The notes: generated by a model from the letters alone, not told the origin. 32,000 bases of DNA from Megasphaera elsdenii DSM 20460 (GCF_003010495.1 NZ_CP027570.1:2070001-2102000); one strand, 5' to 3'. Positions 1-8,879 are shown, numbered from the stretch's first letter. Numbers and translations are program-made.

Positions 1-1
1 T

Positions 2-130
2 GGCACGTACAACTGTGTCGTCGGCCTCATCGATAACCGCGTCGTAGCGACGCCGTATTCGGAAGCCGAAGCCCTGCGCTATCCCATCGACGAAAATCTG
101 TTGAGCCTGGTCCATCTCTTAGGGAGATAA
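2..130 (+). CDS. 3' end of an unidentified protein-coding gene (partial; start lies upstream of window)
   Basis: Frame 2 is open from the window edge to TAA 128-130 (...VATPYSEAEALRYPIDENLLSLVHLLGR*). A GC hairpin (131-145) and a terminator (176-220) follow. It is absent from the ORF track because it has no in-window start. The product cannot be recognised from 42 aa. Confidence 0.35.
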   Translation, partial: GTYNCVVGLIDNRVVATPYSEAEALRYPIDENLLSLVHLLGR

Positions 131-175
131 GGCGCCTGCGGCGCCGTTTGGCGTGCAACGTGATTCGTTTGCCGT

Positions 176-220
176 GGCTGTGCATAAAGGAAATGCTCCT
201 TGTGCACAGCCTCTTTTTTT
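176..220 (+). terminator. Rho-independent terminator of the upstream partial gene
   Basis: Perfect 9-bp stem GGCTGTGCA (176-184) / TGCACAGCC (203-211), followed by TCTTTTTTT (212-220). Confidence 0.65.
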
Positions 221-268
221 GCGAAAGCTCTCACAAATACAGGTTTGGGACACCCACAGGATTCGCGC

Positions 269-297
269 GGGCCTCCGCTTATGGAGGCCCCTACACC
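269..297 (-). repeat. GC hairpin + CCCCTAC module (REP-like), variant copy
   Basis: GGGCCTCC-GCTTAT-GGAGGCCC followed by CTACACC. On the minus strand it reads GGTGTAGGGGCCTCC..., the same GTAGGGG-hairpin layout as 8994-9018, 17164-17189 and 17257-17283. Confidence 0.55.
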
Positions 298-372
298 GCG
301 GCCTGCGGCCAGCCGACTGCGTTTGTTTATTACGGCAAACGAACCACGACCCACGGTAAACGACGTGAAAAA

Positions 373-414
373 GGGGTTATGCATGACGACGGCAGCCTTC
401 GTGCGATAATCCCC
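373..414. repeat. CATGA...CCTTCRTG hairpin module, copy A
   Basis: GGGGTTATGCATGACGACGGCAGCCTTCGTGCGATAATCCCC, with imperfect outer stem GGGGTTAT/ATAATCCCC and inner GCATGA/TCGTGC. The core matches 9774-9799, 21987-22027 and 27821-27855. Confidence 0.5.
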
Positions 415-423
415 TTCAATGCG

Positions 424-452
424 TTGACATCTTATAAATATGCACGTATAAT
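424..452 (+). promoter_or_regulatory. sigma-70-type promoter for the ABC permease/ATPase operon
   Basis: Consensus TTGACA (424-429), 17-nt spacer, consensus TATAAT (447-452), 55 nt upstream of ATG 508. Confidence 0.6.
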
Positions 453-507
453 AGAGTAGCGTATATATTATCATATGTTACAGAGTGTCATTTAGAGGAG
501 TGTTATC

Positions 508-1173
508 ATGTCGTTTGATTTTAGTCTGATCTGGAACTCATTGCCCCTGCTGTTAGCCGGTGCCGGTGTTACCATTGAAATCACGGCGATTGCTGTCGGC
601 CTGGGTTTCATTTTCGGCCTGATTACCAGTGTCTGCCGTCTGTCAGGCGTCAAGGTCCTGCAGGTCATTGCCGTCTGCTACGTCAATATTATCCGTGGTA
701 CGCCTATGCTGGTCCAGATTTTCCTGATTTATTTTGCCCTGCCCATGGTTATCGGTGAACGTATCAATCCTTTCGTCGCTGCCGTCGCTGCCTGCTCGAT
801 CAATAGTGGGGCTTATGTTTCGGAAATTTTCCGCGCTGGGATCCAGTCTGTCGATAAAGGCCAGATGGAAGCCGGCCGGTCCCTGGGCTTATCGTGGATG
901 CAGACCATGCGCTACGTCATCTTGCCCCAGGCTTTCAAACACGTCATCCCGCCGTTAGGCAACGAATTTATTTCCATGACCAAGGAAACGTCCCTGGTTT
1001 CGGTCATCGGCTTTGAAGAATTGACCCGCCGCGGCCAGCTCATCATCGCCAAGACCTATGGTTCTTTTGAAATCTGGCTTACGGTTGCTGCCATTTACCT
1101 GGTCATGACCTTGACCATTGCCCGTCTTGTAAGCTATTTGGAACGGAGGTTCGCAACGGATGATAGAAATTAA
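508..1173 (+). CDS. Polar amino-acid ABC transporter permease (HisM/GlnP family)
   Basis: 221-aa multi-pass hydrophobic ORF with the EAA-type loop ...[23 protein letters not shown]... typical of His/Glu/Gln/Arg permeases. RBS AGAGGAG lies upstream. The ORF overlaps the ATPase gene by 14 nt. Confidence 0.9.
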   Translation: MSFDFSLIWNSLPLLLAGAGVTIEITAIAVGLGFIFGLITSVCRLSGVKVLQVIAVCYVNIIRGTPMLVQIFLIYFALPMVIGERINPFVAAVAACSINSGAYVSEIFRAGIQSVDKGQMEAGRSLGLSWMQTMRYVILPQAFKHVIPPLGNEFISMTKETSLVSVIGFEELTRRGQLIIAKTYGSFEIWLTVAAIYLVMTLTIARLVSYLERRFATDDRN

Positions 1174-1879
1174 AGGTTTGAAAAAAAGTTTTGGCAAGCA
1201 CGACGTCCTCAAGGGCATCGACTTGACCATTCAGGATAAAGAAGTCGTCGTCATCATCGGCCCGTCCGGTTCTGGTAAGAGTACGATTCTGCGCTGCATC
1301 AATTATCTGGAACAGCCGACGGCTGGGGAAATCATCGTCGACGGTATCAGCATGAGCGATGCCAAGAGCATCAACAATATCCGCAAGGAAGTCGGCATGG
1401 TCTTCCAGCGCTTCAATCTCTTCCCGCACATGACGGTCTTGCAGAACATCATCTTGTCGCCTATGAAGACCCGTGGTGAAAGCAAGGAAGAAGCGACGAA
1501 GACGGCTATCCAGCTGTTGGAAAAAGTCGGCTTGGCCGATAAGAAAGATGCCTATCCCGAAACCTTGTCCGGCGGCCAGCAGCAGCGTGTGGCCATTGCC
1601 CGCGCGTTGGCTATGAAGCCGAAGTTCATGCTTTTCGATGAACCGACATCGGCACTGGACCCGGAAATGGTCCGCGAAGTATTGGACGTCATCAAGGATT
1701 TGGCCAAAGACGGCATGTCCATGGCTATCGTTACCCATGAAATGGGCTTTGCCCGGGAAGTCGCCGATCGCGTCCTGTTCATCGATGAAGGGAAAATCCT
1801 CGAACAGGGCAAACCGGACGACATCTTCTTCCACCCGAAAGAAGAACGGACGAAACTCTTCCTGTCGAAGATATTGTAA
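1160..1879 (+). CDS. Polar amino-acid ABC transporter ATP-binding protein (GlnQ-like)
   Basis: Walker [13 protein letters not shown] signature [15 protein letters not shown], Walker [12 protein letters not shown], and the H-loop THEMGFA. Confidence 0.93.
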   Translation: MIEIKGLKKSFGKHDVLKGIDLTIQDKEVVVIIGPSGSGKSTILRCINYLEQPTAGEIIVDGISMSDAKSINNIRKEVGMVFQRFNLFPHMTVLQNIILSPMKTRGESKEEATKTAIQLLEKVGLADKKDAYPETLSGGQQQRVAIARALAMKPKFMLFDEPTSALDPEMVREVLDVIKDLAKDGMSMAIVTHEMGFAREVADRVLFIDEGKILEQGKPDDIFFHPKEERTKLFLSKIL

Positions 1880-1886
1880 AAAGCGT

Positions 1887-1921
1887 AAAAAAAGCTGTCG
1901 CATAAGCGGCAGCTTTTTTTG
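1887..1921. terminator. Bidirectional Rho-independent terminator between convergent ABC operon and hem operon
   Basis: A-tract, stem AGCTGTCGC (1893-1901) / GCGGCAGCT (1906-1914) with one G-U position, then T7 (1915-1921). Confidence 0.65.
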
Positions 1922-2070
1922 TGGTTCGTTTGGCGTGATTCGTTTGCCGAAAATTCGTAGAAATGCAGGCTGAGGCTGTGCACAGGATTCGCTCGGGCGC
2001 CCCTACACCGAAAGGGTGTCTGCACAATCTCCAGCAATCCACGGTCTACGACTCACGAACCACGAACCAC
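1921..2070 (+). repeat. Composite intergenic repeat element, copy 2
   Basis: Plus-strand heptads GTGGTTC GTTTGGC GTGATTC GTTTGCC lie at 1921-1948. Minus-strand heptads GTGGTTC GTGGTTC GTGAGTC GTAGACC GTGGATT lie at 2070-2036. Internal GGCTGTGCACAGGATTCGCTCGGGCGCCCCTACACCG matches blocks of copy 1, with an internal deletion relative to it. Confidence 0.7.
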
Positions 2071-2083
2071 GGCCCGCAGGGCC

Positions 2084-3379
2084 TTATCCCCGGGCCGCCC
2101 GGAATGCTGTTTCCGCGGCTTTGACGGTGCGTGCGATATCCTCATCGCTGTGGGCGCCGGAGACGAAGTTGGTTTCAAATTGGGACGGTGCCAGGTAGAT
2201 GCCTTGTTCCAGCATGGACAGGAAGTAGCGGCGGAAGGCGTCCTGGTCGCTGGCTTCGGACGTGGCGTAGTTGGTGACCGGGACGGCGCTGAAGAAGACG
2301 CTGAACATGGTGCCGGCCCGATGGACCTGGACGGCAGCACCGGCCTGGGCAGCGGCGTCTTTGAGGCCGTCTGTCAGGATTTTCGTTTTGGCACAGGCTT
2401 TTTCGATGTAATCCGGGTCTTCTGTGATGAGGCGCAGCGTTTCCAGTCCGGCTGCCATGGCCAGGGGGTTGCCGCTGAGGGTACCGGCCTGGTAGACCTG
2501 GCCGGCCGGCGAGACGCAGTCCATGATGTCTTTACGGCCGCCATAGGCTGCGACGGGCAGGCCGCCGCCAATGATCTTGCCCAGGGTCGTCATGTCCGGG
2601 ACGATGTGATAGATACTCTGGGCGCCGTGCAGGGCCGTGCGGAAGCCGCACATGACTTCGTCGAAGATGAGGACCGTGCCATGCTTCTGTGTTTCGTCAC
2701 GCAAGAGCTGTAAATAGCCTTCTTCCGGCAGGACCAGGCCCATGTTGCCGGCAATGGGTTCGACGATGACGGCGGCAATGTCGTCGCCGCAGCGGTCCAT
2801 GAGTTCCCGGAAGGCGTCGGCATCATTATAGGCGACGGTCAGCGTGTCTTTGGCCGTGCCGGCTGTGACGCCTGGGCTGTCGGGCTGGCCGAAGGTGGCG
2901 GCACCGGAACCGGCTTTGACCAGCAGGCTGTCGCCGTGGCCGTGATAGCAGCCGATGAATTTCACGATTTTATCGCGTCCCGTATAGCCGCGGGCGGCGC
3001 GGATGGCGCTCATCGTCGCTTCCGTGCCGGAATTGACCATGCGCAGTTTTTCGATGGACGGGTAGATTTCTTTGACCAGTTTGGCCAGCTGCGATTCAAT
3101 CAGCGTCGGGGCGCCATAGCTCGTGCCGCGCGTGGCCGCTTCCTGCAGGGCCTTGACGACGCGGGGGTGGGCATGGCCGACGATTATGGGACCCCAGGAA
3201 CCGACGTAGTCGATGTACTGATTGCCGTCGATGTCACAGATGGTACTGCCTTTGGCCCAGGCGATGAACGGCGGCGGACAGCCGATACGGTTATACGAGC
3301 GGACCGGGCTGTTGACGCCGCCCGGCATGAGGGTCTGCGCTTCGGCAAAAGCCGCAGCTGATTTTTCTAAATGGAGCAT
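2084..3379 (-). CDS. hemL: Glutamate-1-semialdehyde 2,1-aminomutase
   Basis: 431-aa class-III aminotransferase fold. N-terminus ...AQTLMPGGVNSPVRSY... and PLP-lysine context TTLGKIIGGGLPVAAYGG are typical of HemL. It is the last gene of the hem operon. Confidence 0.95.
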   Translation of the reverse strand: MLHLEKSAAAFAEAQTLMPGGVNSPVRSYNRIGCPPPFIAWAKGSTICDIDGNQYIDYVGSWGPIIVGHAHPRVVKALQEAATRGTSYGAPTLIESQLAKLVKEIYPSIEKLRMVNSGTEATMSAIRAARGYTGRDKIVKFIGCYHGHGDSLLVKAGSGAATFGQPDSPGVTAGTAKDTLTVAYNDADAFRELMDRCGDDIAAVIVEPIAGNMGLVLPEEGYLQLLRDETQKHGTVLIFDEVMCGFRTALHGAQSIYHIVPDMTTLGKIIGGGLPVAAYGGRKDIMDCVSPAGQVYQAGTLSGNPLAMAAGLETLRLITEDPDYIEKACAKTKILTDGLKDAAAQAGAAVQVHRAGTMFSVFFSAVPVTNYATSEASDQDAFRRYFLSMLEQGIYLAPSQFETNFVSGAHSDEDIARTVKAAETAFRAARG

Positions 3380-3391
3380 GGGAAGGCCTCC

Positions 3392-4660
3392 TCATTCTTT
3401 GATGTCTAAGTTGAATACATTCCGCAGTTCACGGACGACCCGGTCTTCATCGGGCGTGTTGGCCGCTTCGACGGTGCGCCGCAGGGGAGCGCGCAGGATT
3501 TTGCGGACCAGGATGTGGGATAAGTTCTCGACGACGCGGAACTGGTCGTCTGTCAGTTCGGGCAGTTTGTTGCGCGCCCGCTTGACGAAATGGCGCCGCG
3601 TCCGTTCGGCCTGCTGGGACAGGCTAAGGACGACGGGGCGGACGGACAGGTATTGATAGCGTTCAATCATGGTGTCCACGGCTTCGTCGACGATATAGCT
3701 GGCGGCAATGGCTTCGCGCTGACGCGTCGCTTCGTTATCGTGGACGACTTCCTGCAGGTCGTCGATGTTATATAAGGTCACGCCGGGAATCTGGGTGATT
3801 GCCGGGTCGGCGTCGCGCGGGACGGCGATGTCGATGATCAGCAGGGGCCGCCCTTGGCGCAGTTCCTGGAAACGCTGCAGCCGCGGGACGGTGATGACAT
3901 AGTGCGGTGCGCCAGTCGAGGCGATGATGATGTCGACATCGGAAACGACGGACTGGACTTCTTTATAGTGGACGGCCTGGCCGCCGACGTCCGCCGCCAG
4001 TTCCTGGGCCCGATCCAGATGGCGGTTGACGATGTACAGTTTCCCGGCACCTTTGCCTAAGAAATTCTGGGCTGTCAGGCGGGCCATCTGGCCGGCGCCG
4101 TAGAGCAGGAGGTTCCGGCCAGAGAGGGAGCCCAGGCTTTTTTCGGCCATCTGGACAGCGGTATAGCTGACGGATACGGCATTGTAGGCAATGTGCGTTT
4201 CCGTCCGGACCCGTTTGCCTGTGGCGATGGCCTGCTGGAAGAGCATGTTGAGGATGGCACTGGTCGCACCGTTTTCATGGGCCATGACGTAGGCCTGTTT
4301 GACCTGACTGAGTATCTGACCTTCGCCGAGGACCAGTGAGTCCAGGCTGGCGGCGACGGTGAACAGGTGGTGGATGCAGGCTTTCCCCGTATAGCTGTAG
4401 AAATACGCCGGGTCATAAGCCGGGCGGCCGGCCAGGTCGAGGAAGAAGTCGCGCAGGGCCTGTTCGTTGTCCCGGATGTCGTCGACGACAGCGTAGACTT
4501 CGGACCGGTTACATGTCGACAGGACGACGGCTTCGCGCAGGCCGCCGTAATCGTCGAGGTGCTGCAGGCCCTGGTGGATGGCGTCCGGCGTCATAGTGAA
4601 GCGTTCCCGGATGGCGACGGGGACGGTCTTATGGTTGAGGCCAAGGATGACGAGGTCCAT
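3392..4660 (-). CDS. hemA: Glutamyl-tRNA reductase
   Basis: MDLVILGLNHKTVPVAIRE... and the catalytic-Cys motif LSTCNRSEVY. I prefer ATG 4660, 2 nt after the hemB stop, over the track start at 4693, which would overlap hemB. The start is uncertain by 33 nt. Confidence 0.92.
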   Translation of the reverse strand: MDLVILGLNHKTVPVAIRERFTMTPDAIHQGLQHLDDYGGLREAVVLSTCNRSEVYAVVDDIRDNEQALRDFFLDLAGRPAYDPAYFYSYTGKACIHHLFTVAASLDSLVLGEGQILSQVKQAYVMAHENGATSAILNMLFQQAIATGKRVRTETHIAYNAVSVSYTAVQMAEKSLGSLSGRNLLLYGAGQMARLTAQNFLGKGAGKLYIVNRHLDRAQELAADVGGQAVHYKEVQSVVSDVDIIIASTGAPHYVITVPRLQRFQELRQGRPLLIIDIAVPRDADPAITQIPGVTLYNIDDLQEVVHDNEATRQREAIAASYIVDEAVDTMIERYQYLSVRPVVLSLSQQAERTRRHFVKRARNKLPELTDDQFRVVENLSHILVRKILRAPLRRTVEAANTPDEDRVVRELRNVFNLDIKE

Positions 4661-4662
4661 CG

Positions 4663-5652
4663 TTAGGCCTCGACTTCGTCGTTCTTCAGCCACTTAGCGA
4701 CGTCGACGGCGTGGTAGGTGATGATGATGTCCGCACCGGCGCGCTTCATGCTGGTCAATTCTTCCATGACGATGCGCTTTTCGTCGATCCAGCCATTGCG
4801 GGCAGCCGCTTTGACCATGGCGTATTCGCCGCTGACGTTGTACGTGGCAATGGGCCGCTGGCAGCGCTGGCGGGCCTGGTAGACGATGTCCAGGTAGGAC
4901 AGGGCCGGCTTGACCATGATGATGTCGGCGCCTTCTTCCAGGTCGAGGTCGATTTCCTTCATGGCTTCGCGGCCGTTGGCCGGGTCCATCTGATACTGGC
5001 GGCGGTCGCCGAAGTGCGGTGCCGAATCGGCGGCGTCGCGGAAGGGACCGTAGAAGCCGGAGGCATATTTGGCGGCATAGGACATGATGATGGTGTTGAT
5101 GAAGCCTTCTTCATCCAAGGCCTGGCGGATGGAGGCGATGTGGCCGTCCATCATGTCCGACGGGGCGACGATGTCGGCACCGGCTTCGGCCTGACTGACG
5201 GCGACTTTGTTGAGCAGTTTCAGCGTGGCGTCGTTATCGACGTAGTGGTCTTTGATCTGGCCGCAGTGACCGTGGTCGGTGTACTGGCAGAGGCAGACGT
5301 CACCGACGATGACCATGTCCGGCAGGGCTTTCTTGATGGCCCGGATGGCGCACTGGACCGGGCTTTGCGGGTCCCAGGCGCTGGAACCGATTTCGTCTTT
5401 GTAAGCCGGCAGGCCGAAGACTTCGATGGCCCGCAGCCCTAAGGCATAGATGTCTTCGGCCAGGCGGACGGCGTTGTCTACGGACAGGTGATAACAGCCG
5501 GGCATGCTGGGGATTTCTTCTTTGACATTCGTGCCGGGGACGACGAAGATAGGGTAAATCAAATCGTTGAGGCATACATGGTTTTCCCGGACCATAGCGC
5601 GCAGGGGAGCGGAAAGGCGCAGGCGGCGGGGGCGTAAGGTATTCAATTTCAT
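4663..5652 (-). CDS. hemB: Porphobilinogen synthase (delta-aminolevulinate dehydratase), Zn-type
   Basis: Cys-rich metal site GDVCLCQYTDHGHCG and active-site lysine context IIMVKPAL. The likely start is MKLNTLRPRRLR at 5652, forming an ATGA overlap with the cobA/hemD stop. The track start at 5682 is an upstream extension. Confidence 0.94.
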   Translation of the reverse strand: MKLNTLRPRRLRLSAPLRAMVRENHVCLNDLIYPIFVVPGTNVKEEIPSMPGCYHLSVDNAVRLAEDIYALGLRAIEVFGLPAYKDEIGSSAWDPQSPVQCAIRAIKKALPDMVIVGDVCLCQYTDHGHCGQIKDHYVDNDATLKLLNKVAVSQAEAGADIVAPSDMMDGHIASIRQALDEEGFINTIIMSYAAKYASGFYGPFRDAADSAPHFGDRRQYQMDPANGREAMKEIDLDLEEGADIIMVKPALSYLDIVYQARQRCQRPIATYNVSGEYAMVKAAARNGWIDEKRIVMEELTSMKRAGADIIITYHAVDVAKWLKNDEVEA

Positions 5653-7169
5653 GACTGTTTGATTCTCCAATCTGTAATACATTCAGCCAGGCCGGCAATG
5701 GTGTAGGTCTGGGCTGTCACTATTTTTTTCAGGCCCGCTTCCTGACAGGTACGGGCCGTGATGGGGCCGATGCAGGCGAAGGTGATATCATCCAGGTCGC
5801 TGGCCTGGGCCTGGCTCAGGGAGAGGAAACTGCGGACGGCTGACGAGCTGGTGACGGTCACGACGTCGATGGTCTGGCGGGCCAGGAGGTCTTTCAGGAC
5901 GGCGCCGTTTTCGCTGGCTTCGACGGTGCAATAGGCCTGGCAGACATCGACGACGGCGCCCCAGCGGCGCAGTGTGTCGGGCAGGACCGACCGGGCTTCT
6001 TTGGCCCTGGGGATGAGGATGCGTTCTTTGCCGGAAAGGTGCGGCTCCAGGGCGGCGGCCAGGTCTTCGGCACAGTAGGCGCCGGGGACGACGTCAGCCT
6101 GGAGGCCGTAAGCTGTCAGGGCCTTGGCCGTGGCACTGCCGATAGCGGCCAGTTTGGCCCGGCCCAGGGCACGGCTGTCGCGGCCGTGATGCTGGAGACG
6201 GCGGAAAAAGGCATCGACGCCGTTGGTGCTGGTGAAGATGACCCAGTCGTAATGTTCCAGGTCCGCTATGGCAGTATCCAGCGCCTGGTAGCCGTCTGTC
6301 GGCGGCGTGATGCGGATGGTCGGCACTTCCAGGCAGCGGGCACCCAGTTCTTCCAGGCGATGTGTCAGGTCCGGCGCCTGGGCGTGGGTCCGGGTGACGG
6401 CGATGGTCAGGCCGAAGAGGGGCTTCGTGTCGAACCACTGCATGGACGGCCGCAGGGCGACGACGTCGCCGACGATGAAGACGGCCGGTGCCTTGAAATG
6501 GCAGGCCGCCGCTTTTTCGGCGATATCTCCGACCGTAGCCACCAGCGTTTCCTGGTCGGCCTTGGTGCCCCAGCGGACCAGGGCTGCCGGCGTCGTCGCA
6601 GGACGGCCGTGGGCGACGAGCTGCTGGGTGATGGATGGCAGGTTGTGGACGCCCATGAGGAAGACCAGCGTATCGACGGCCGTTGCCAGTTTGTCCCAGT
6701 GAATCGATGACTGGCCTTTGGTCGGGTCTTCGTGACCTGTGACGACGGCAAAGGACGAAGCCGCCGTCCGGTCGGTCACGGGGATACCGGCATAGGCCGG
6801 GGCGCCGATGGCCGACGTGACGCCTGGGATGATTTCAAAGGGCAGGCCCGCGTCGTGGAGCGCCCGGCTTTCTTCGCCGCCGCGGCCGAAGACGAAGGGG
6901 TCGCCGCCTTTGAGACGGACGACAATCTTGCCTTCTTTGGCTTTGGCAATGAGCAGGTCGATGATTTTGTCTTGGGACAAGGTGTGGTCGGCCGCTTTTT
7001 TGCCGACATATATTTTTTCCGCTGTTGGCGGAGCAAATTCTAGAAGGCGCGGATCGGCCAGATAGTCGTAGATGACGACATCGGCCCGTTCCAGGACCTC
7101 CCGGCCCCGCAGGGTGAGCAGGCGGTAGTCGCCGGGACCGGCGCCAGTGAGATAAACGATACCGTTCAT
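5649..7169 (-). CDS. cobA: Bifunctional uroporphyrinogen-III C-methyltransferase / uroporphyrinogen-III synthase
   Basis: The N-terminal half carries the SUMT motif VYLTGAGPGD...VVRLKGGDPFVFGRGGEE. The C-terminal roughly 250 aa is HemD-like. The same fusion architecture is known from Selenomonas and clostridial CobA/HemD. Confidence 0.9.
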   Translation of the reverse strand: MNGIVYLTGAGPGDYRLLTLRGREVLERADVVIYDYLADPRLLEFAPPTAEKIYVGKKAADHTLSQDKIIDLLIAKAKEGKIVVRLKGGDPFVFGRGGEESRALHDAGLPFEIIPGVTSAIGAPAYAGIPVTDRTAASSFAVVTGHEDPTKGQSSIHWDKLATAVDTLVFLMGVHNLPSITQQLVAHGRPATTPAALVRWGTKADQETLVATVGDIAEKAAACHFKAPAVFIVGDVVALRPSMQWFDTKPLFGLTIAVTRTHAQAPDLTHRLEELGARCLEVPTIRITPPTDGYQALDTAIADLEHYDWVIFTSTNGVDAFFRRLQHHGRDSRALGRAKLAAIGSATAKALTAYGLQADVVPGAYCAEDLAAALEPHLSGKERILIPRAKEARSVLPDTLRRWGAVVDVCQAYCTVEASENGAVLKDLLARQTIDVVTVTSSSAVRSFLSLSQAQASDLDDITFACIGPITARTCQEAGLKKIVTAQTYTIAGLAECITDWRIKQS

Positions 7170-7182
7170 AGAGAGAACCTCC

Positions 7183-8118
7183 TTAATAGGTCGGGATGAT
7201 GCCCAAATCAGTGAGGATGCGGCGGCCGCCGTCGTCGAGGAGTGTGCAGGCGGCCTCGTGGCCGATGGCGGCGCTGTCCGCCGCGGAGCCGCGTGTCGTC
7301 GTGCGGCAGACCTGGCTGCCGTCGGGAGCGGCGATGATGCTCTGCAGCGTCAGGATGCCGTCCTGGACGGTGCCGTAGACGCCGACCGGGACCTGGCAGC
7401 TGCCGTTGATGGCGGCCAGAAAGGTCCGTTCGGCCGTCGTCGCAGCGGCGGTGCCTTCGTCATTGAGGAAGGCCAGGGCCTGTTTCAACGATTCGTCGTC
7501 TGCGCGGGTTTCGATGGCCAGGGCGCCCTGGCCGACGGCGGGAATCATCGTATCGACGGGCAGGAGCTGTGTGATGCGGTCGGCCCGGCCCAGGCGCTGC
7601 AGACCGGCTTCGGCCAGGATGATGGCGTCGTATTGGCCGTCGTCGAGCTTCTTCAGGCGCGTGTCGACGTTGCCCCGCAGATCGGCGACGAACAGGTCAG
7701 GCCGGGTGTGGAGGAGCTGGGCCTTGCGGCGCAGGCTCGACGTGCCGATACGGGCACCGGCCGGCAGGGCTTCCAGGGACGCATAGGTATTGGAAACGAA
7801 GGCGTCGTGGACATGGTGGCGGGCCGTAATGGCTGCCAGGCAGAGGCCGTCCGGGACGTCCGCCGGCAGGTCCTTCAGACTGTGGACGGCCAGGTCGATG
7901 GTGCCGTCCAGGAGGCGTTGTTCCAGTTCTGTCGTGAACAGACCTTTGCCGCCGATGCGGGCCAAAGGGACATCGAGGATTTTGTCGCCTTGCGTGACGA
8001 TGTGCTGGAGCTGGACGGTCAGTTCCGGGTCGTGCCGGCGCAGGGCTTCGGCGACGTAGTTGGCCTGCCACAGGGCCAGCTGGCTGCGCCGCGTACCGAT
8101 AGTCAGATTACGTTTCAT
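7183..8118 (-). CDS. hemC: Hydroxymethylbilane synthase (porphobilinogen deaminase)
   Basis: LTIGTRRSQLALWQANYV... and ...GNVDTRLKKLDDGQYDAIILAEAGLQRLG... are canonical HemC motifs. Confidence 0.95.
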   Translation of the reverse strand: MKRNLTIGTRRSQLALWQANYVAEALRRHDPELTVQLQHIVTQGDKILDVPLARIGGKGLFTTELEQRLLDGTIDLAVHSLKDLPADVPDGLCLAAITARHHVHDAFVSNTYASLEALPAGARIGTSSLRRKAQLLHTRPDLFVADLRGNVDTRLKKLDDGQYDAIILAEAGLQRLGRADRITQLLPVDTMIPAVGQGALAIETRADDESLKQALAFLNDEGTAAATTAERTFLAAINGSCQVPVGVYGTVQDGILTLQSIIAAPDGSQVCRTTTRGSAADSAAIGHEAACTLLDDGGRRILTDLGIIPTY

Positions 8119-8755
8119 GGTTTTTCCTTTCCCAGGCGGCCAGCCGCTTCCGGAGGAGGGAGCTGGCGGCGTCGATTTCGTTGTTTTCTACCAGGTCCAT
8201 GACGTCATCGGTCAGGGCCTGGCGCCAGAAGGCCTGGCGGTCCCGGCTGGTCGCGAGGAGGGCCTGGCCCTCTTTGCGGATAGCGGCCAGTTCAGCCATC
8301 CAGCGGCCATAGCGTTCGTCGAAGTGCTGTTCCAAGTGCTTCCGGAGCCAGCGCGAAAAGGCCGGCGCCTTGCCGTTGGTGGAGATGGTGAGCTGCAGGT
8401 CGCCCTGGCGGACGATGGAGGGCAGGGTGAAGTTGCACAGGTCCGGGACGTCACAGACATTGAGCAGTTTCCCCTGGGCTTTGGCAGCAGCTGAAACGGC
8501 TTGGCTGACGGCCTCGTCATCGGTGGCGCAGATGATGAGGAAGAAGGTGGTTTCATCGCCAGGCTGATAGGTCCGCCTTTGCCAGGACAGTTGATGTTCT
8601 TCGGCCAGAATCTGCAAAGCTGGTGTCAAGGCCGGTGCAATGACCGTTACGACGGCCCCTTCATCGAGGAGACGCCGGACCTTGCGTTCGGCGACGCTGC
8701 CGCCGCCGAGGACCAGACAGGCCTGACCGGTAAGATCGAGGTTAATAGGATACAT
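8108..8755 (-). CDS. sirC: Precorrin-2 dehydrogenase / sirohydrochlorin ferrochelatase family protein (CysG N-terminal-domain like)
   Basis: 215 aa with N-terminal Rossmann motif LVLGGGSVAERKVRRLL, as in SirC/Met8p/CysG-N. First gene of the hem operon, overlapping hemC by 11 nt. Confidence 0.82.
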   Translation of the reverse strand: MYPINLDLTGQACLVLGGGSVAERKVRRLLDEGAVVTVIAPALTPALQILAEEHQLSWQRRTYQPGDETTFFLIICATDDEAVSQAVSAAAKAQGKLLNVCDVPDLCNFTLPSIVRQGDLQLTISTNGKAPAFSRWLRKHLEQHFDERYGRWMAELAAIRKEGQALLATSRDRQAFWRQALTDDVMDLVENNEIDAASSLLRKRLAAWERKNHET

Positions 8756-8843
8756 AAACGGAACTCCCTTTCAAAGTTGTACGCCTTCTATTATACCATT
8801 ATAAGAGGAAAAAGCTGTAGTAAATACAACAAATTTCTGAGTG

Positions 8844-8879
8844 AAAAAGAGGCTGTCTTTGTGTGACAGCCTCTTTTTC
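8844..8879. terminator. Bidirectional terminator-like hairpin (ends the flavodoxin-gene transcript upstream of the hem operon)
   Basis: AAAAAGAGGCTGTC-TTTGTGT-GACAGCCTCTTTTT: a perfect 10-bp stem with A- and T-tracts on either side. Confidence 0.6.

Larger units (their letters stand above)
146..361 (+). repeat. Composite intergenic repeat element, copy 1 (heptad array, hairpins, inverted heptad array)
   Basis: Plus-strand heptads GTTTGGC GTGCAAC GTGATTC GTTTGCC GTGGCTG lie at 146-180. Minus-strand heptads GTTTACC GTGGGTC GTGGTTC GTTTGCC GTAATAA lie at 361-327. The internal blocks GGCTGTGCA, CAGGATTCGCGCGGGC and GCCCCTACACCG are shared with the copy at 1921-2070. Confidence 0.7.

Noticed and set aside
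79-474. Four overlapping 68-131-aa ORFs in the first spacer, and similar ones at 1552-2198, 8863-9051 and 17157-17472. They share peptide snippets such as TNHEP, RQTNH and DGPY.
   Set aside because: The shared peptides are simply translations of the intergenic repeat modules (ACGAACCACGAACC, GGGACGGCCCCTAC) in whatever frame is open. There are no RBSs, the ORFs overlap one another on both strands, and they span terminators.
3392-4693. The track's N-terminal extensions as true starts: hemA at 4693, hemB at 5682, flavodoxin at 9628, RluA at 24363, the RACo-like gene at 28042, rpiR at 14401, rpsT at 22318.
   Set aside because: In each case an internal start codon has a properly spaced Shine-Dalgarno sequence. 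It also matches the conserved family N-terminus and removes an implausible overlap with the upstream gene or promoter. The longer forms cannot be strictly excluded without proteomic or comparative data.
8756-8843. A defined promoter for the hem operon. Two TATAAT hexamers lie on the minus strand at 8802-8797 and 8794-8789, the latter with an extended TGG.
   Set aside because: Neither has a convincing -35 element at 16-18 nt, so I could not choose between them. I left this unannotated rather than guess.
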